A stretch of DNA of 64,000 nucleotides from Candidatus Spechtbacteria bacterium RIFCSPHIGHO2_02_FULL_43_15b (lineage in GTDB: Bacteria; Patescibacteriota; Minisyncoccia; Spechtbacterales; HO2-43-30), in NCBI GenBank assembly GCA_001819985.1, contig MHOE01000013.1, forward strand, positions 1,088-65,087, in the 5' to 3' direction. Below the pieces are notes generated by a model. That model saw only the letters and a program-made list of their open reading frames with translations, was not told the DNA's origin and did no database searches. The position numbers and the translations under genes were made by a program. Positions 1 through 10,452 of this stretch are shown here, piece after piece. Position 1 is the first letter of the stretch, and every line of letters begins with the position of its first letter.

Positions 1-627
1 TATAACTGTCGGTATCATATCTGAAGTGAAAGTTACTATTATTTGCTGTACCGATAAAGGAACGCTTGCCACTATTCCGGCAAAAATCATCAGCGAGGTG
101 CCGTTTCCTATGCCCTTCTCTGAAATAAGTTCGCCAAGCCACATTAGAAACACCGCCCCCGCAGTTACCGTGAGAGTCGTTACAAACATATCAAATTTGC
201 CCAAAGATTCTATCACACCCTGCTGGGTCAATAAAGTTATAAAACTAAAACCCTGCAAAGCCGCTAATGGAACAGTAAGCATTCTACCGTACTGATTAAA
301 TTTTTGCCTGCCCTGCTCTCCTTCTTCCTGATAAATTTCTTTCAGCTTTGGAAATATCATTGTCATTAACTGAAGAATTATAGTAGCTGTGATAAACGGG
401 CCAAGCCCAAGCATTACGATTGATACCTGCTCGAGTGCTCCTCCAGAAAAAATATTCAGCAACCCAAACACTTGGTTACTGCCAAAAAATCTTTCAACCT
501 CTCCGCTGTCAACGCCCGGCACGGGTAGATTAGCCGCGATTCTAAACACGCCAAAAATAACCAGAATAAACAATATTTTGTTTTTAAGCTCTTTGATTTT
601 GAAAAGCAACAGAAGCTTTTGAACCAT
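1..627 (-). CDS. secY: Preprotein translocase SecY (5' part; runs off window)
   Basis: Manual translation MVQKLLLLFKIKELKNKILFILVIFGVFRIAANLPVPGVD..., followed by LGLGPFITATII; sits directly after rplO. Confidence 0.95.
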   Translation of the reverse strand, partial: MVQKLLLLFKIKELKNKILFILVIFGVFRIAANLPVPGVDSGEVERFFGSNQVFGLLNIFSGGALEQVSIVMLGLGPFITATIILQLMTMIFPKLKEIYQEEGEQGRQKFNQYGRMLTVPLAALQGFSFITLLTQQGVIESLGKFDMFVTTLTVTAGAVFLMWLGELISEKGIGNGTSLMIFAGIVASVPLSVQQIIVTFTSDMIPTVI

Positions 628-681
628 AAATTCTGAATAAGAAAAAGTAAAAATCTAAGAAACTCCCGCTTTAAGCCCCGT

Positions 682-1116
682 TTATTTCGTATTAATCTTA
701 GCTTCAGCGGATTTCGACATTGTTACTCCTTCAAATTTGAGTTTTTTTGAAAGCTCTCCTTTCCCTAGTATTTTAACATTTGGAACTTTCCTCGCAACTC
801 TGCGAATAATTCCCTTTTCCAATAAAGTGTTAACGGATACGGTCTCTCCATCGCTATATTTTCCGTCTATTTCGTCTAAGTTAACGATTTGCCAAGTTTC
901 AAAAGCGCTTGTGCTTTGTTTTTTGTATCTTGACGCGGGAACACCGCGAAGTTTATGGATTTTGCGTATAAAATCCCTTATAGCTGGACGGATTCTGGCG
1001 CCAGCTCTTGCCTTTTGACCCTTAATTCCGCGACCAGAATAAGTACCGCGTTTTCCTCCGCGGCCTATACGCTTTTTCTTCTTGAATTTAATTTGGGTTA
1101 ACTGATGCAGTTGCAT
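682..1116 (-). CDS. rplO: 50S ribosomal protein L15
   Basis: RIGRGGKRGTYSGRGIKGQKAR motif; spc operon position. Confidence 0.97.
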   Translation of the reverse strand: MQLHQLTQIKFKKKKRIGRGGKRGTYSGRGIKGQKARAGARIRPAIRDFIRKIHKLRGVPASRYKKQSTSAFETWQIVNLDEIDGKYSDGETVSVNTLLEKGIIRRVARKVPNVKILGKGELSKKLKFEGVTMSKSAEAKINTK

Positions 1117-1127
1117 GGAATAAAAAA

Positions 1128-1718
1128 TTATTTTGCCTCTTTTGCTAGGTTTTCACTTTCTTCAATTTCGACATTCTCCGCTACTTCTTCGTTTTTCCCG
1201 ATTTCTTCTTTTATATTTAGGGCTGACACGCCTCTTTTTTCCTTAAATCCAATAGCTTTCAACGCCTCGACTGTCGCCCTGGCGTTATTAAGTTTATTTA
1301 CGCTTCTTGATAGGATTTTACCGACTATATTTCTATATCCCGCTAGATCGCATACCACTCTCGCCGCGCCGCCCGCTATTATACCCCTGCCTTCTTCGGC
1401 TGGGCGCAGGAAAACCTTCGCACTCGACGATTTCCCGTAAGATTCGTGCGGGATGCTTCCTTTTTTTGTAATCGGAACGCTAACCATATTCTTCCTCGCC
1501 GTTCTTACGGCTTTTTCAACTGCTTTCTGCACATCGGATCCTTTTTCGCTCGCAACGCCCACCTTTCCAGACCTGTCGCCAACTACAACTACCGCCCGAA
1601 AACTGAATCTTCTTCCCCCTGAAGTAACTCTAGCAACTCTTGCCACATCTAAAAGCTTGTGTTCCACATCGGATATTAGAGATTCCCTCTGTTTGAATTG
1701 TTGTCCTTGTTTTATCAT
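1128..1718 (-). CDS. rpsE: 30S ribosomal protein S5
   Basis: RVARVTSGGRRFSFRAVVVVGD; GIIAGG. Confidence 0.97.
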   Translation of the reverse strand: MIKQGQQFKQRESLISDVEHKLLDVARVARVTSGGRRFSFRAVVVVGDRSGKVGVASEKGSDVQKAVEKAVRTARKNMVSVPITKKGSIPHESYGKSSSAKVFLRPAEEGRGIIAGGAARVVCDLAGYRNIVGKILSRSVNKLNNARATVEALKAIGFKEKRGVSALNIKEEIGKNEEVAENVEIEESENLAKEAK

Positions 1719-1722
1719 GGTT

Positions 1723-2091
1723 CTAAAATTTTAATCCGCCTTCCCTCGCGCCTTCGGCTAGAGCTTTTACTCTTCCGTGGTATTTATACCCGCCTCTATC
1801 AAAAACAACTTTTTCGATTTTTTTTCCCATTGCTTTTTCGGCAACCAATTTCCCGATGCCGCGCGCAACTTCTGATTTACCATGCGCGTCTTTCGATTTT
1901 CTCTTGGATTCCTTTTTTATATCTTCCATTGTAACCGAAATTAAAGTGGCGCCTTTTGAATCGTCTATAACTTGGGCGTAAGTATATTTATTTGATCGAA
2001 ATACGCAAAGACGCGGAACTTCTGATGTTCCTATTATCTTCGATCTCACCCGCTTATGTCTTTGTTCTCGTTTTTTTTGTGTTTGTTTCAT
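1723..2091 (-). CDS. rplR: 50S ribosomal protein L18
   Basis: [10 protein letters not shown]; [26 protein letters not shown]. Confidence 0.97.
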   Translation of the reverse strand: MKQTQKKREQRHKRVRSKIIGTSEVPRLCVFRSNKYTYAQVIDDSKGATLISVTMEDIKKESKRKSKDAHGKSEVARGIGKLVAEKAMGKKIEKVVFDRGGYKYHGRVKALAEGAREGGLKF

Positions 2092-2117
2092 ATTTGAAAA
2101 TCAATCAAATTCATACT

Positions 2118-2681
2118 TTAAGCCGCCGCTTTCTTACCCGACTTTCTCCTTATATGCTCGCCTTCGTAGTGTATTCCCTTGCCTTTGTATGGTTCCGGTT
2201 TTCTAAATGACCTTATTTTAGCCGCGGCTTGACCAACCATCTGCTTGTCTATTCCGCTTACTGTTATCACATTGCCTTCTACGATTACTGTCACTCCATC
2301 CGGTATATTGAATTCCACTGGATGAGAAAAGCCAAGACTAAGAGTCAAAATTTTTCCCGCAACCTGCGCGCGGTATCCGACTCCTTCCATTTCCAATTTT
2401 TTTTGATATCCCTCCGTTACTCCCTCAAACATATTAAATACCAGAGCGCGACTTAATCCCCAAATGGCGGAGCTTTTCTTTGGTATTTTCTTCCAATCCT
2501 CATCTTTTTCCAGAGATACGGGCCGTAAATTAATCATATCTTCATTTTTCGTGATAGTTATCAAGGGATCTACGGTAAGTGAAAGTTCGCCTTTCGGACC
2601 CTTAACCGAAACCAGACCATCTTTCAAGGTGACCTCAACATTGCTTGGTATTTTTATTGGAAGCTTGCCTATTCGACTCAT
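2118..2681 (-). CDS. rplF: 50S ribosomal protein L6
   Basis: MSRIGKLPI; RKPEPYKGKGI. Confidence 0.98.
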   Translation of the reverse strand: MSRIGKLPIKIPSNVEVTLKDGLVSVKGPKGELSLTVDPLITITKNEDMINLRPVSLEKDEDWKKIPKKSSAIWGLSRALVFNMFEGVTEGYQKKLEMEGVGYRAQVAGKILTLSLGFSHPVEFNIPDGVTVIVEGNVITVSGIDKQMVGQAAAKIRSFRKPEPYKGKGIHYEGEHIRRKSGKKAAA

Positions 2682-2751
2682 AATGAATACCCTAATAACT
2701 TTCTAAAACATATTTTTAAGATAAATCAATTACTGCCGTAGAACTCATTTC

Positions 2752-3141
2752 TTACCAAACTTTACATAACACTTCACCGCCCACTTTTTCCTTTTTCGCA
2801 TTTTCTCCGGTCATTATTCCTTGAGGCGTAGAAACCACTAATATTCCGTATCCGTATCTCACCTTAGGAATTTCCTTGTAACTTGCGTAGATTCTTTTTC
2901 CGGGCTTACTCACCATAGTCAGATTATTTATAACTGACTCCCCATCTTTACTATATTTTAATGAAATTATCAATCTCTGCTTACCGCCCCTGTCCTTGAC
3001 CTGAACATCTTCTATGAAACCTTCCGATTTGAATATTTGAGCTATACCCATATTAACCTTTGAATACGCAACCTTAACACTCGGGTGCTTCACACTCTTG
3101 GCGTTCCGTATTGCTGTTAGCATATTTGCTATATTATCCAT
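2752..3141 (-). CDS. rpsH: 30S ribosomal protein S8
   Basis: DNIANMLTAIRNA; SKPGKRIY; GGEVLCKVW. Confidence 0.97.
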   Translation of the reverse strand: MDNIANMLTAIRNAKSVKHPSVKVAYSKVNMGIAQIFKSEGFIEDVQVKDRGGKQRLIISLKYSKDGESVINNLTMVSKPGKRIYASYKEIPKVRYGYGILVVSTPQGIMTGENAKKEKVGGEVLCKVW

Positions 3142-3186
3142 AATTTTACGAATAAATTACCGATCTCGATAGGTAAAATTTATCTA

Positions 3187-3372
3187 CTACCAGCTCGATT
3201 TCTTTACCCCCGATATCTCTCCCTTATTTGCCAATTCTCTGAAACACATCCTGCATAGACCAAATTTTCTCATATAACCGCGCCTTCTCCCACACTTAAA
3301 ACATCTACGAATAATTCGCGTTGAAAATTTCGGTTTTTTAAGTGATCTTGCGATTTGACTTTCCTTAGCCAT
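3187..3372 (-). CDS. rpsN: 30S ribosomal protein S14 (zinc-binding type Z)
   Basis: RCFKCGR...[12 protein letters not shown]...KSSW, 61 aa. Confidence 0.97.
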   Translation of the reverse strand: MAKESQIARSLKKPKFSTRIIRRCFKCGRRRGYMRKFGLCRMCFRELANKGEISGVKKSSW

Positions 3373-3451
3373 TGAAATTCTTCTTCATCCCTGACTGTTT
3401 AACTGCGGGTACGCGCAGGCAATCAGTCAGGGATGAAGATACATAATTTAA

Positions 3452-4024
3452 TTACTTTCCCTGAAAAGGAACTCCCAACTGCTTCAATAATTCCAATCCC
3501 TCCTCGCGGATTCTCGCATTAGTAACTATCGTTATCTCCATGCCCCAAATTTTCCTGACTTTGTCATGCGGTATATCGGGAAATATCATCTGCTCCTTAA
3601 TGCCTATTGTCATATTGCCGTGTTCGTCCACGCATTTACTGTCAATGCCCCTAAAATCCCTTGAACGCGGGAAAGCTATTTTTATAAGGCGGTCTAAAAA
3701 ATCATACATCCTACCGCCTCTTAACACAACCCTAAGACCGCTTATCATTCCCTGTCTTAATTTGAACCCGGATATTGATTTTTTCGCCCTAATAATCTGT
3801 GGCTTCTGTCCGGTTATCAATGTCATCTCTTCTATAATATCCTCTATCGAGGAAAGCTCGCCCGAAGCGCCTTCGGATCCCTTAAAGGTGTTGACAATCC
3901 TTCCTACGCCCGTGTTAACCACGATTTTCTCAAGTTTGGGAACGGCAAAAACATTCGCATAGCCAAATTTTTCCTTGAGTGCGGGAATAACTTTATCTAT
4001 GTAATTTTCTTTTGCATTTGGCAT
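3452..4024 (-). CDS. rplE: 50S ribosomal protein L5
   Basis: VPKLEKIVVNTGVG; ITGQKP; PRSRDFRG. Start moved to MPNAKENY because the track's longer ORF overlaps rplX. Confidence 0.96.
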   Translation of the reverse strand: MPNAKENYIDKVIPALKEKFGYANVFAVPKLEKIVVNTGVGRIVNTFKGSEGASGELSSIEDIIEEMTLITGQKPQIIRAKKSISGFKLRQGMISGLRVVLRGGRMYDFLDRLIKIAFPRSRDFRGIDSKCVDEHGNMTIGIKEQMIFPDIPHDKVRKIWGMEITIVTNARIREEGLELLKQLGVPFQGK

Positions 4025-4064
4025 ATTCGGTATACGACGATAATTTATAAAGATAGGATCAAAT

Positions 4065-4370
4065 CTATACGGCTTCGCCGCATTTTTTGCATATCCTATA
4101 TTTTTTGCCGTCCGCAATCTTACGGCCAACCCTGACTGCCTTTGAACACTTGGGGCACAAAAACTTCGCGTTTGACGCATCGAAAGAAGCCGCTACCTCC
4201 ACGGTTTGGCCTTTTTCTCCTTGGCGCCTCGCCTTCACGCGTTTTTTCTGAATATTTATGCTCTCAACAACAATCTTCCCCTCTTTCGGGAGAACTTCAG
4301 TTATTTTCCCTTTCTTGCCGCGATATTTTCCGGAAATCACCAGTATATTGTCGCCTTTGTGTAACTTCAT
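4065..4370 (-). CDS. rplX: 50S ribosomal protein L24
   Basis: KGDNILVISGKYRGKKG KOW motif; C-terminal CxxC pairs. Confidence 0.96.
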   Translation of the reverse strand: MKLHKGDNILVISGKYRGKKGKITEVLPKEGKIVVESINIQKKRVKARRQGEKGQTVEVAASFDASNAKFLCPKCSKAVRVGRKIADGKKYRICKKCGEAV

Positions 4371-4418
4371 AAAATATTAAACTTGCTTAACTAAATAAAA
4401 TTTATGTGCCATTCGTCA

Positions 4419-4784
4419 TTACAGCACTTCCGGCGCCAGCGAAGCTATCTTATCAAATCCCTTCTCCTTTATTTCTCTAGGTATGGGACCAAAAATTCTC
4501 CCGCCCTTCGGAACATCTCCATCCAAAATGACCGCGGCATTGTCGCTGAACCTTATGTATGAACCGTCTTTCCTTCTATATGCTTTTTTCTGCCTAACTA
4601 TAACGGCTTTGACAACTTCCTTCCTCTTCACTATTCTTCTTGGTTCAGCTACCTTAACAGACGCAACCACTATATCTCCCAAAGAAGCGTATCTTCTCCT
4701 TGTGCCTCCAAGTACCTTAAAACACTGGATAATTTTTGCTCCGGTATTGTCTGCTACATTTAATTTTGTCCCCGCTTGAATCAT
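4419..4784 (-). CDS. rplN: 50S ribosomal protein L14
   Basis: [17 protein letters not shown]...SLAPEVL; start moved to MIQ. Confidence 0.97.
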   Translation of the reverse strand: MIQAGTKLNVADNTGAKIIQCFKVLGGTRRRYASLGDIVVASVKVAEPRRIVKRKEVVKAVIVRQKKAYRRKDGSYIRFSDNAAVILDGDVPKGGRIFGPIPREIKEKGFDKIASLAPEVL

Positions 4785-4818
4785 TTTGTTATATTTAAAA
4801 AATTGGCCGTAATTTTTG

Positions 4819-5061
4819 TTACTTACCCTCCGGAACAGCAAATTCGACGATTCTCCATCTTTTATACTTGCTTATCGGCCTCGTCTCCTCGATAACCACG
4901 ATCTCGCCGATTTTGTGCTTATTTTCGGGATCGTGCGCCTTATATTTTTTTGTGACCCTAAAACGCCTCTCGTATTTGGGATGTTTTTTTAATCGCGAAA
5001 CCTCCACAACGACAGTTTTGTTCATTTTATCCGATACAATTGTGCCTTTAAGTCGTTTCAT
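4819..5061 (-). CDS. rpsQ: 30S ribosomal protein S17
   Basis: [14 protein letters not shown]; [11 protein letters not shown]. Confidence 0.97.
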   Translation of the reverse strand: MKRLKGTIVSDKMNKTVVVEVSRLKKHPKYERRFRVTKKYKAHDPENKHKIGEIVVIEETRPISKYKRWRIVEFAVPEGK

Positions 5062-5137
5062 TTTGATTCTGTCACCCTTGATGAATAATCTCTGGATTCA
5101 AACAGACGATCCATTAAGGATACAGCATCATAAATCT

Positions 5138-5320
5138 TTATTTCTCATTTAATAAAGTTAGGACTCTTGCTATATCTTTCCTTGCGGATTTCATTTCCCT
5201 TATGTTTTTAACCCTTCCCTCGGATAAATCAAAACGCAAATCGAGCAAACGATTCCGCTTTTCATCGGATAATTTTTGAAGTTCTGGTTTTGATTTTTGC
5301 CGCAATTCTCTTATTTTCAT
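5138..5320 (-). CDS. rpmC: 50S ribosomal protein L29
   Basis: MKIRELRQKS...RKDIARVLT; between rplP and rpsQ. Confidence 0.93.
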   Translation of the reverse strand: MKIRELRQKSKPELQKLSDEKRNRLLDLRFDLSEGRVKNIREMKSARKDIARVLTLLNEK

Positions 5321-5379
5321 AATTATATTTTGCGTACGCTCGTCGCAAACCGACACAACGCACGCGTAAACATTTATTT

Positions 5380-5790
5380 CTATCTCTTTATTATCCGCGT
5401 TCTCACTGGCAACTTATGACCCGCCACCCTTAGCGCCTCACGGGCAACCTCCTCTGAAACACCGTCTAATTCGAACAGGACCCTGCCCGGCCTAACGGGA
5501 AAAACAAAATGGTCAACACCCCCCTTGCCGCCTCCCATCGGAACCTCTGTGCCCTTTTTTGTTACGGGCTTATCCGGAAAAATCCTTATCCACATTTTTC
5601 CTCCTTTCTTCATAGCGCGTATTATTGCCCGCCTTGACGCTTCTATATGCCTCGAATCTATCCATTTATCTCCGCTTATAACTTGTAATCCAAAGGTTCC
5701 AAAGCTTAGCTCGTTGCCACGAGATTCAACAGCCGCGCGCCTTCGTCCTTTTGTCCATTTTCTATGTTTTACTTTACTTGGCAATAACAT
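5380..5790 (-). CDS. rplP: 50S ribosomal protein L16
   Basis: [13 protein letters not shown]...MGGGKG. Confidence 0.97.
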   Translation of the reverse strand: MLLPSKVKHRKWTKGRRRAAVESRGNELSFGTFGLQVISGDKWIDSRHIEASRRAIIRAMKKGGKMWIRIFPDKPVTKKGTEVPMGGGKGGVDHFVFPVRPGRVLFELDGVSEEVAREALRVAGHKLPVRTRIIKR

Positions 5791-5863
5791 TTTGTAATCC
5801 TTTTAGCCTATTTAAGGCATATGATTTTAGTAAATACTAAAACTTTCCGCCATATAAGCCAGC

Positions 5864-6529
5864 TCACTCCAATTTCTCCCCTTTGTAAATCCAAACCTTT
5901 ACGCCTATAACGCCATAAGTGGTGTACGCTTCATTTTTTGCAAGCTCTAGATTGGATCGCAAAGTATTCCTGGGCATCCTTCCTTCTTTTATTGATTCCC
6001 TTCTTGACATATCCGCGCCTCCAAGCCTGCCGGCCAATACTATCTTTGCCCCTTCCACTTCTTTGTTCGACATTATTCTTTCCATTGCTTTTTTCATAAC
6101 CCTTCTGAAAGGCATCCTTCTCTCAAGCTGTTCAGCTATGCTTAGACCTACTACATTTCCGAAACTTTCAGGATTCTTAACTTCCCTTATTTCAATTTTG
6201 ATTTCCGATAACTTTTTGTCCCCGCCGTATTTCAAAACGACTCGCCTAAGAATTTTCTCCAGATCTTTTTTAATGCTTTCGGCTCCGGCTCCCGATCTTC
6301 CTATTATTAAACCGGGCCTCGATGTATTTATGATTATTATAATTCTGTTAGCAGTTCTTTCTATTTCAATACTTTCCAGTCCCGCCGATCTAAGTTTCTT
6401 TGACAAGTATTCCCTAATTGAAACATCCTCTCTGACTCTTTCAGAATATCGCTTTTCGTCAAACCAACGCGCTTTCCAATTCGCATTTATGCCTAATCTG
6501 TATGCTAATGGATGAACTTTGTGACTCAT
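5864..6529 (-). CDS. rpsC: 30S ribosomal protein S3
   Basis: MSHKVHP..YRLG; GRLGGADMSR; TTYGVIGVKVWIYKG. Confidence 0.98.
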   Translation of the reverse strand: MSHKVHPLAYRLGINANWKARWFDEKRYSERVREDVSIREYLSKKLRSAGLESIEIERTANRIIIIINTSRPGLIIGRSGAGAESIKKDLEKILRRVVLKYGGDKKLSEIKIEIREVKNPESFGNVVGLSIAEQLERRMPFRRVMKKAMERIMSNKEVEGAKIVLAGRLGGADMSRRESIKEGRMPRNTLRSNLELAKNEAYTTYGVIGVKVWIYKGEKLE

Positions 6530-6579
6530 ATTTTGGCGGCTAAAATAGCTGGTGTGTAAAAATATATTCTTGAAATCTT

Positions 6580-6969
6580 TTACGCACTAACTTTCTTTTC
6601 CTTTTTATTTTCCGTTTTTTCTTGTTTTATTTCCGAAGACCGTTCATCTAGAACTATAGTCACATGACTTGTGCGTCTTTTTATCGGCGCGGCATGACCT
6701 CTTCCCGTGGGCCTAAACCTTTTATGCGCGGGGCCGTTATCAACAGAAATTTTCTTTATATACAAATTCCCCTCGCTTTTAGAAAAATTATTCTTTGCGT
6801 TCGATATGGCAGAATCCAATAACTTAGCAACGCTCGGAGCCCCTCTCTTACTTAAAAACTGGAGCTGTTTTTTAGCGTTATCCGCATCCATGCCTCTTAT
6901 CAAATCGGAAATCGCCCTGATTTTTCGAGGGCTCATTCGCAAGTATCTGATTTTTGCAGTCATTTCCAT
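6580..6969 (-). CDS. rplV: 50S ribosomal protein L22
   Basis: RMSPRKIRAISDLIRG; KRRTSHVTIVL. Confidence 0.96.
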   Translation of the reverse strand: MEMTAKIRYLRMSPRKIRAISDLIRGMDADNAKKQLQFLSKRGAPSVAKLLDSAISNAKNNFSKSEGNLYIKKISVDNGPAHKRFRPTGRGHAAPIKRRTSHVTIVLDERSSEIKQEKTENKKEKKVSA

Positions 6970-7072
6970 ACTGATCGTAAATATTAGTTTCGCGCATTGT
7001 TCGGCGTCGGTTTACTGTATTTTGGAAATCCTAACAAAACCGGCGCGGAAATATGCGCAAAAAACACTAACT

Positions 7073-7357
7073 TTAACTTTTCTTCTCCAGTTCTTGTTGC
7101 ATTTTTCCTCCGTGCCTAATGAATTTTCTTGTTGGTGAAAATTCGCCCAGTTTATGGCCGACCATGTCTTCAGTAACAAAAACGGGGATATGCTCTCTAC
7201 CATTGTGAACCCCGAATGTAAATCCTATCATTTCAGGGCTTATCGTGCAAGATCTTGACCATGTTTTTATTACTGCCCTGTCGCCAGCTTTAAGATTAGC
7301 TATTTTCTTTAGTATTCTTTCATCTATGTATGGTCCCTTTTTTAGTGATCGCGGCAT
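7073..7357 (-). CDS. rpsS: 30S ribosomal protein S19
   Basis: RSLKKGPY; [13 protein letters not shown]. Confidence 0.98.
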   Translation of the reverse strand: MPRSLKKGPYIDERILKKIANLKAGDRAVIKTWSRSCTISPEMIGFTFGVHNGREHIPVFVTEDMVGHKLGEFSPTRKFIRHGGKMQQELEKKS

Positions 7358-7448
7358 GATTTTATGATTAGATTAGCAATTTCTATGAACACACGAAACG
7401 GTTTTATAAATCGTAGCGTATTCGTAGAGAATTCATAAATACTATCCA

Positions 7449-8285
7449 TTACTTTCTTTTTTTATTCTTTCTCCGATGCAATATCATACTGTTCGAATAT
7501 TTTTTGTGTCTGCGCGTCCTTACGCCGTACGCATTCTTGCCCCAAGGCGTTTTTGGATGCTTTAACCCTATCGGCGCTCGTCCCTCGCCTCCTCCGTGCG
7601 GATGATCAACGGGATTCATCGCCGAACCCCTGACATGGGGCCTTATTCCCTTGTGCCTATTTCTTCCGGCCTTTCCCATAACCTCTAAGTTGTGTTGCCT
7701 GTTTGAAACAAACCCTATACTGCCGTAACATTCAGCAAAAACTTTTCGCACTTCCCCCGAAGGCATAGCGAGCATTGTGTGCTTCCCTTCCGTCGCCAGA
7801 ACTTTTGCGCCTGTTCCACCGGATCTTGAAATCTTTCCTCCTTGCCCCGGATTTATCTCGACATTGTACACAAACGCGCCGACGGGCACATATTTCAGTT
7901 TCATTCTGTTGCCTGTTTTTACCTCTCCGGCCTCTTCATAACAAACAATGTCTGTTCCGACATTTAACCCGTCGGGTGCTACTATGTAAGCACTTGTTTT
8001 GTCGCCGTATTCAATCAGCGCAATCCTTGCGCTTCTGTTCGGATCATATTCAATACCAAGCACCTTAGCCGTTTCGCCTATCTTTTTTTCTCCGAAATCT
8101 ATTATTCTGTATCTCCGTTTCGCTCCTCCCCCTTTGAATCGCACGCTTATTTTACCCCTGCTTCTGCCTCCCGTTTTATGCAAAGGCGCCAAAAATTTTT
8201 TCTCGGGAGTTTTTTTGGTTATCATGCTAAAATCAGGTCTTGTCATACCGCGTCTTCCAGCACTTGTTGGTTTGTATAATTTCAT
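7449..8285 (-). CDS. rplB: 50S ribosomal protein L2
   Basis: [13 protein letters not shown]; [18 protein letters not shown]. Confidence 0.98.
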   Translation of the reverse strand: MKLYKPTSAGRRGMTRPDFSMITKKTPEKKFLAPLHKTGGRSRGKISVRFKGGGAKRRYRIIDFGEKKIGETAKVLGIEYDPNRSARIALIEYGDKTSAYIVAPDGLNVGTDIVCYEEAGEVKTGNRMKLKYVPVGAFVYNVEINPGQGGKISRSGGTGAKVLATEGKHTMLAMPSGEVRKVFAECYGSIGFVSNRQHNLEVMGKAGRNRHKGIRPHVRGSAMNPVDHPHGGGEGRAPIGLKHPKTPWGKNAYGVRTRRHKKYSNSMILHRRKNKKRK

Positions 8286-8326
8286 GGTTTTAGTTTGCGA
8301 CTTGCATTAGCCGCTGTTTTACCTTT

Positions 8327-8761
8327 TTAATGCGGTAAAACCTCGATAATCTCGCCTTTCCTTAATTTAACAACGGCCTTAGTGTAGCCGGATCTCCAAC
8401 CTATTTGCCTTCCCCTCCTTCTTTTCTTTCCGGGCATTTTGATTTTGGAAACTTTTTCCACATGCACCCCGTAAATATCCTGTACTGCCTTCCTTATTTC
8501 AGCTTTTGTCGTATTGCTGAAAACTCTAAATACATACTGATTAACTTTTGTTAAATCCGTTGATTTTTCCGTTATATGCGGCTGTTTCAAAATTCGAAAC
8601 GCAGATTTAGACGACTTTAATCCAGTCGCGGCCTTATCTTTTGGCTTTTCCGCCTTCCCTTTAACGCCTTTTTGGGATTTTGCCCGCGTCTCTTTCTTAG
8701 CATCTTTAGATTTTGCTTTATCTGCTTTTTCTTTATTTTTTATAAAATCGAATAATGCCAT
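8327..8761 (-). CDS. rplW: 50S ribosomal protein L23 with Lys-rich N-terminal extension
   Basis: PHITEKS; YVFRV; KAVVKL; likely start MALFDFIK. Confidence 0.93.
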   Translation of the reverse strand: MALFDFIKNKEKADKAKSKDAKKETRAKSQKGVKGKAEKPKDKAATGLKSSKSAFRILKQPHITEKSTDLTKVNQYVFRVFSNTTKAEIRKAVQDIYGVHVEKVSKIKMPGKKRRRGRQIGWRSGYTKAVVKLRKGEIIEVLPH

Positions 8762-8782
8762 TTTGAAAATCCGACTCACCCA

Positions 8783-9478
8783 TTACACCTGTTTAATGGC
8801 CGCGTTCGGGCTACCGCCGAGGCGTGGTTTTTGAGTTTTGGAATCTAATTTGCTTTTATATTTCTCTTTTATAGCGTCAACGGCGTCTGCTGTAACTATT
8901 AAATATTTATAATTAAGCAAATCTGCAACATTCATATTGCCTAAGCTTATAATCTTAAAACTCTCGATGTTTCGTCCCGACTTCTGCAATGCTTCATTCT
9001 TTTTCTCAATTATCATTACAGTACCCTCTCCTCCGGGAATCATTTTCTCTATAAACGCCACTAAATCCTTGGTCTTTGGCTTATCTAATTCGAATTTATC
9101 AACAACAATCATTTCCTTATCGCTTGCCTTTGTCGATAAGGCCATAAGAACAGCTTTCCTCTTCATTTTCTTATTTATCTTTTTTTTGAAATTTCTTTCC
9201 TTTGTCGGGCCAAAAGTAACTCCACCGCCAACCCATATGGGAGAACGGATCGAACCATGCCTTGCTCGTCCCGTCCCTTTCTGTCTCCATGGCTTTTTGC
9301 CGCCACCCCTAACCTCGCCCCTGCCCTTCGTATGAGCTATAACTTGACGCGTATTTGCCATCTGCGTTACAAACGCCTGATGTAAAAGCGCGGGTGTTAT
9401 TTTCATTCCGAAAATACTTTCGGGCAAATCCATCTTCCCTACTTCTTCGCCGTTTCTATTGTAGACCTTCGTTTTCAT
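8783..9478 (-). CDS. rplD: 50S ribosomal protein L4
   Basis: KGRGEVRGGGKKPWRQKGTGRARHGS. Confidence 0.98.
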   Translation of the reverse strand: MKTKVYNRNGEEVGKMDLPESIFGMKITPALLHQAFVTQMANTRQVIAHTKGRGEVRGGGKKPWRQKGTGRARHGSIRSPIWVGGGVTFGPTKERNFKKKINKKMKRKAVLMALSTKASDKEMIVVDKFELDKPKTKDLVAFIEKMIPGGEGTVMIIEKKNEALQKSGRNIESFKIISLGNMNVADLLNYKYLIVTADAVDAIKEKYKSKLDSKTQKPRLGGSPNAAIKQV

Positions 9479-9539
9479 CCTTAACGCGCTTGTGCATACT
9501 TAGCCGCAAAACGACTTACACGCACAAGGGTAATTTAAG

Positions 9540-10142
9540 TTATCCTATTATCTCAACCAAACTTCCCCTCGATCCTGGAATAGCTCCTTTCAACGCCAAA
9601 AGATTATTCTCCTTGTCAATTTCTAAAATCTCGACTTTCTTTATTGTCACGCTGTCATGACCCATTCTTCCGCCCATCCTCTTGCCTTTCCTCGTATGTT
9701 GCGGAAATCTGGAACCGATTGATCCGGGCGATCTGTGTTTTTTCTTTGTTCCATGAGTTTTTGGAAGTCCGGAAAATCCATGCCTTTTCACGACCCCTTG
9801 AAATCCCTTTCCTTTCGAAACGCCTTTTAGCGTAACTTCATCGCCCGCATTAAAAGCAGATACATCGATCTTGTCGCCGATTTTCAATTTCTCTTCGCTT
9901 CTACATTCGCGTACCCATCTGAAACTTCCCAAATCCCTAAAATGCCCCTTCAGTGATTTTGATAATTTATTTTTGCTTTTAGTGCCAAATCCAACCTGAA
10001 CAGCGTCATATCCGTCTTTGTCCTTTGACTTCATTTGCGTAACAACGACAGGTCCCGCCTCAATAAGCGTAGCGGGTGCAATATTTCCGTCTTCCATAAA
10101 AATCTGCGTCATTCCTAATTTTGTGCCTAAAAGAAATTTCAT
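9540..10142 (-). CDS. rplC: 50S ribosomal protein L3
   Basis: GTKLGMTQIF; SKGKGFQGVVKRHGF. Confidence 0.98.
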   Translation of the reverse strand: MKFLLGTKLGMTQIFMEDGNIAPATLIEAGPVVVTQMKSKDKDGYDAVQVGFGTKSKNKLSKSLKGHFRDLGSFRWVRECRSEEKLKIGDKIDVSAFNAGDEVTLKGVSKGKGFQGVVKRHGFSGLPKTHGTKKKHRSPGSIGSRFPQHTRKGKRMGGRMGHDSVTIKKVEILEIDKENNLLALKGAIPGSRGSLVEIIG

Positions 10143-10336
10143 ACATTTTACCCTTATTCATAATCTACTCGAAAAATAAAGCCCTGTTTTATTCGTTTTT
10201 TGCGTTTATAAATTATTAGTTGGGGCAAACAAAAAAAGCTGGCGTAGTCCAGCTTTTCGACTACTTCCTAACGATTTTATAAATTTACACCTTTGGATAT
10301 GTATGCAACTCTGCGAATAAATTTAATTTTTCGCAA

Positions 10337-10393
10337 ATTACCGAGCGCTAAAATCAATACTTTGCATAAATATTGATTTTAGCGCTCGGTAAT
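10337..10393. repeat. Perfect 23-bp inverted repeat in the rpsJ-rplC spacer
   Basis: attaccgagcgctaaaatcaata (10337-10359) / tattgattttagcgctcggtaat (10371-10393), 11-nt loop. Confidence 0.9.
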
Positions 10394-10452
10394 AATTTTC
10401 GTTCTTATAACAATGCGGCATGATCTGCGGGCATTAGTGTATCGAAAACTGT

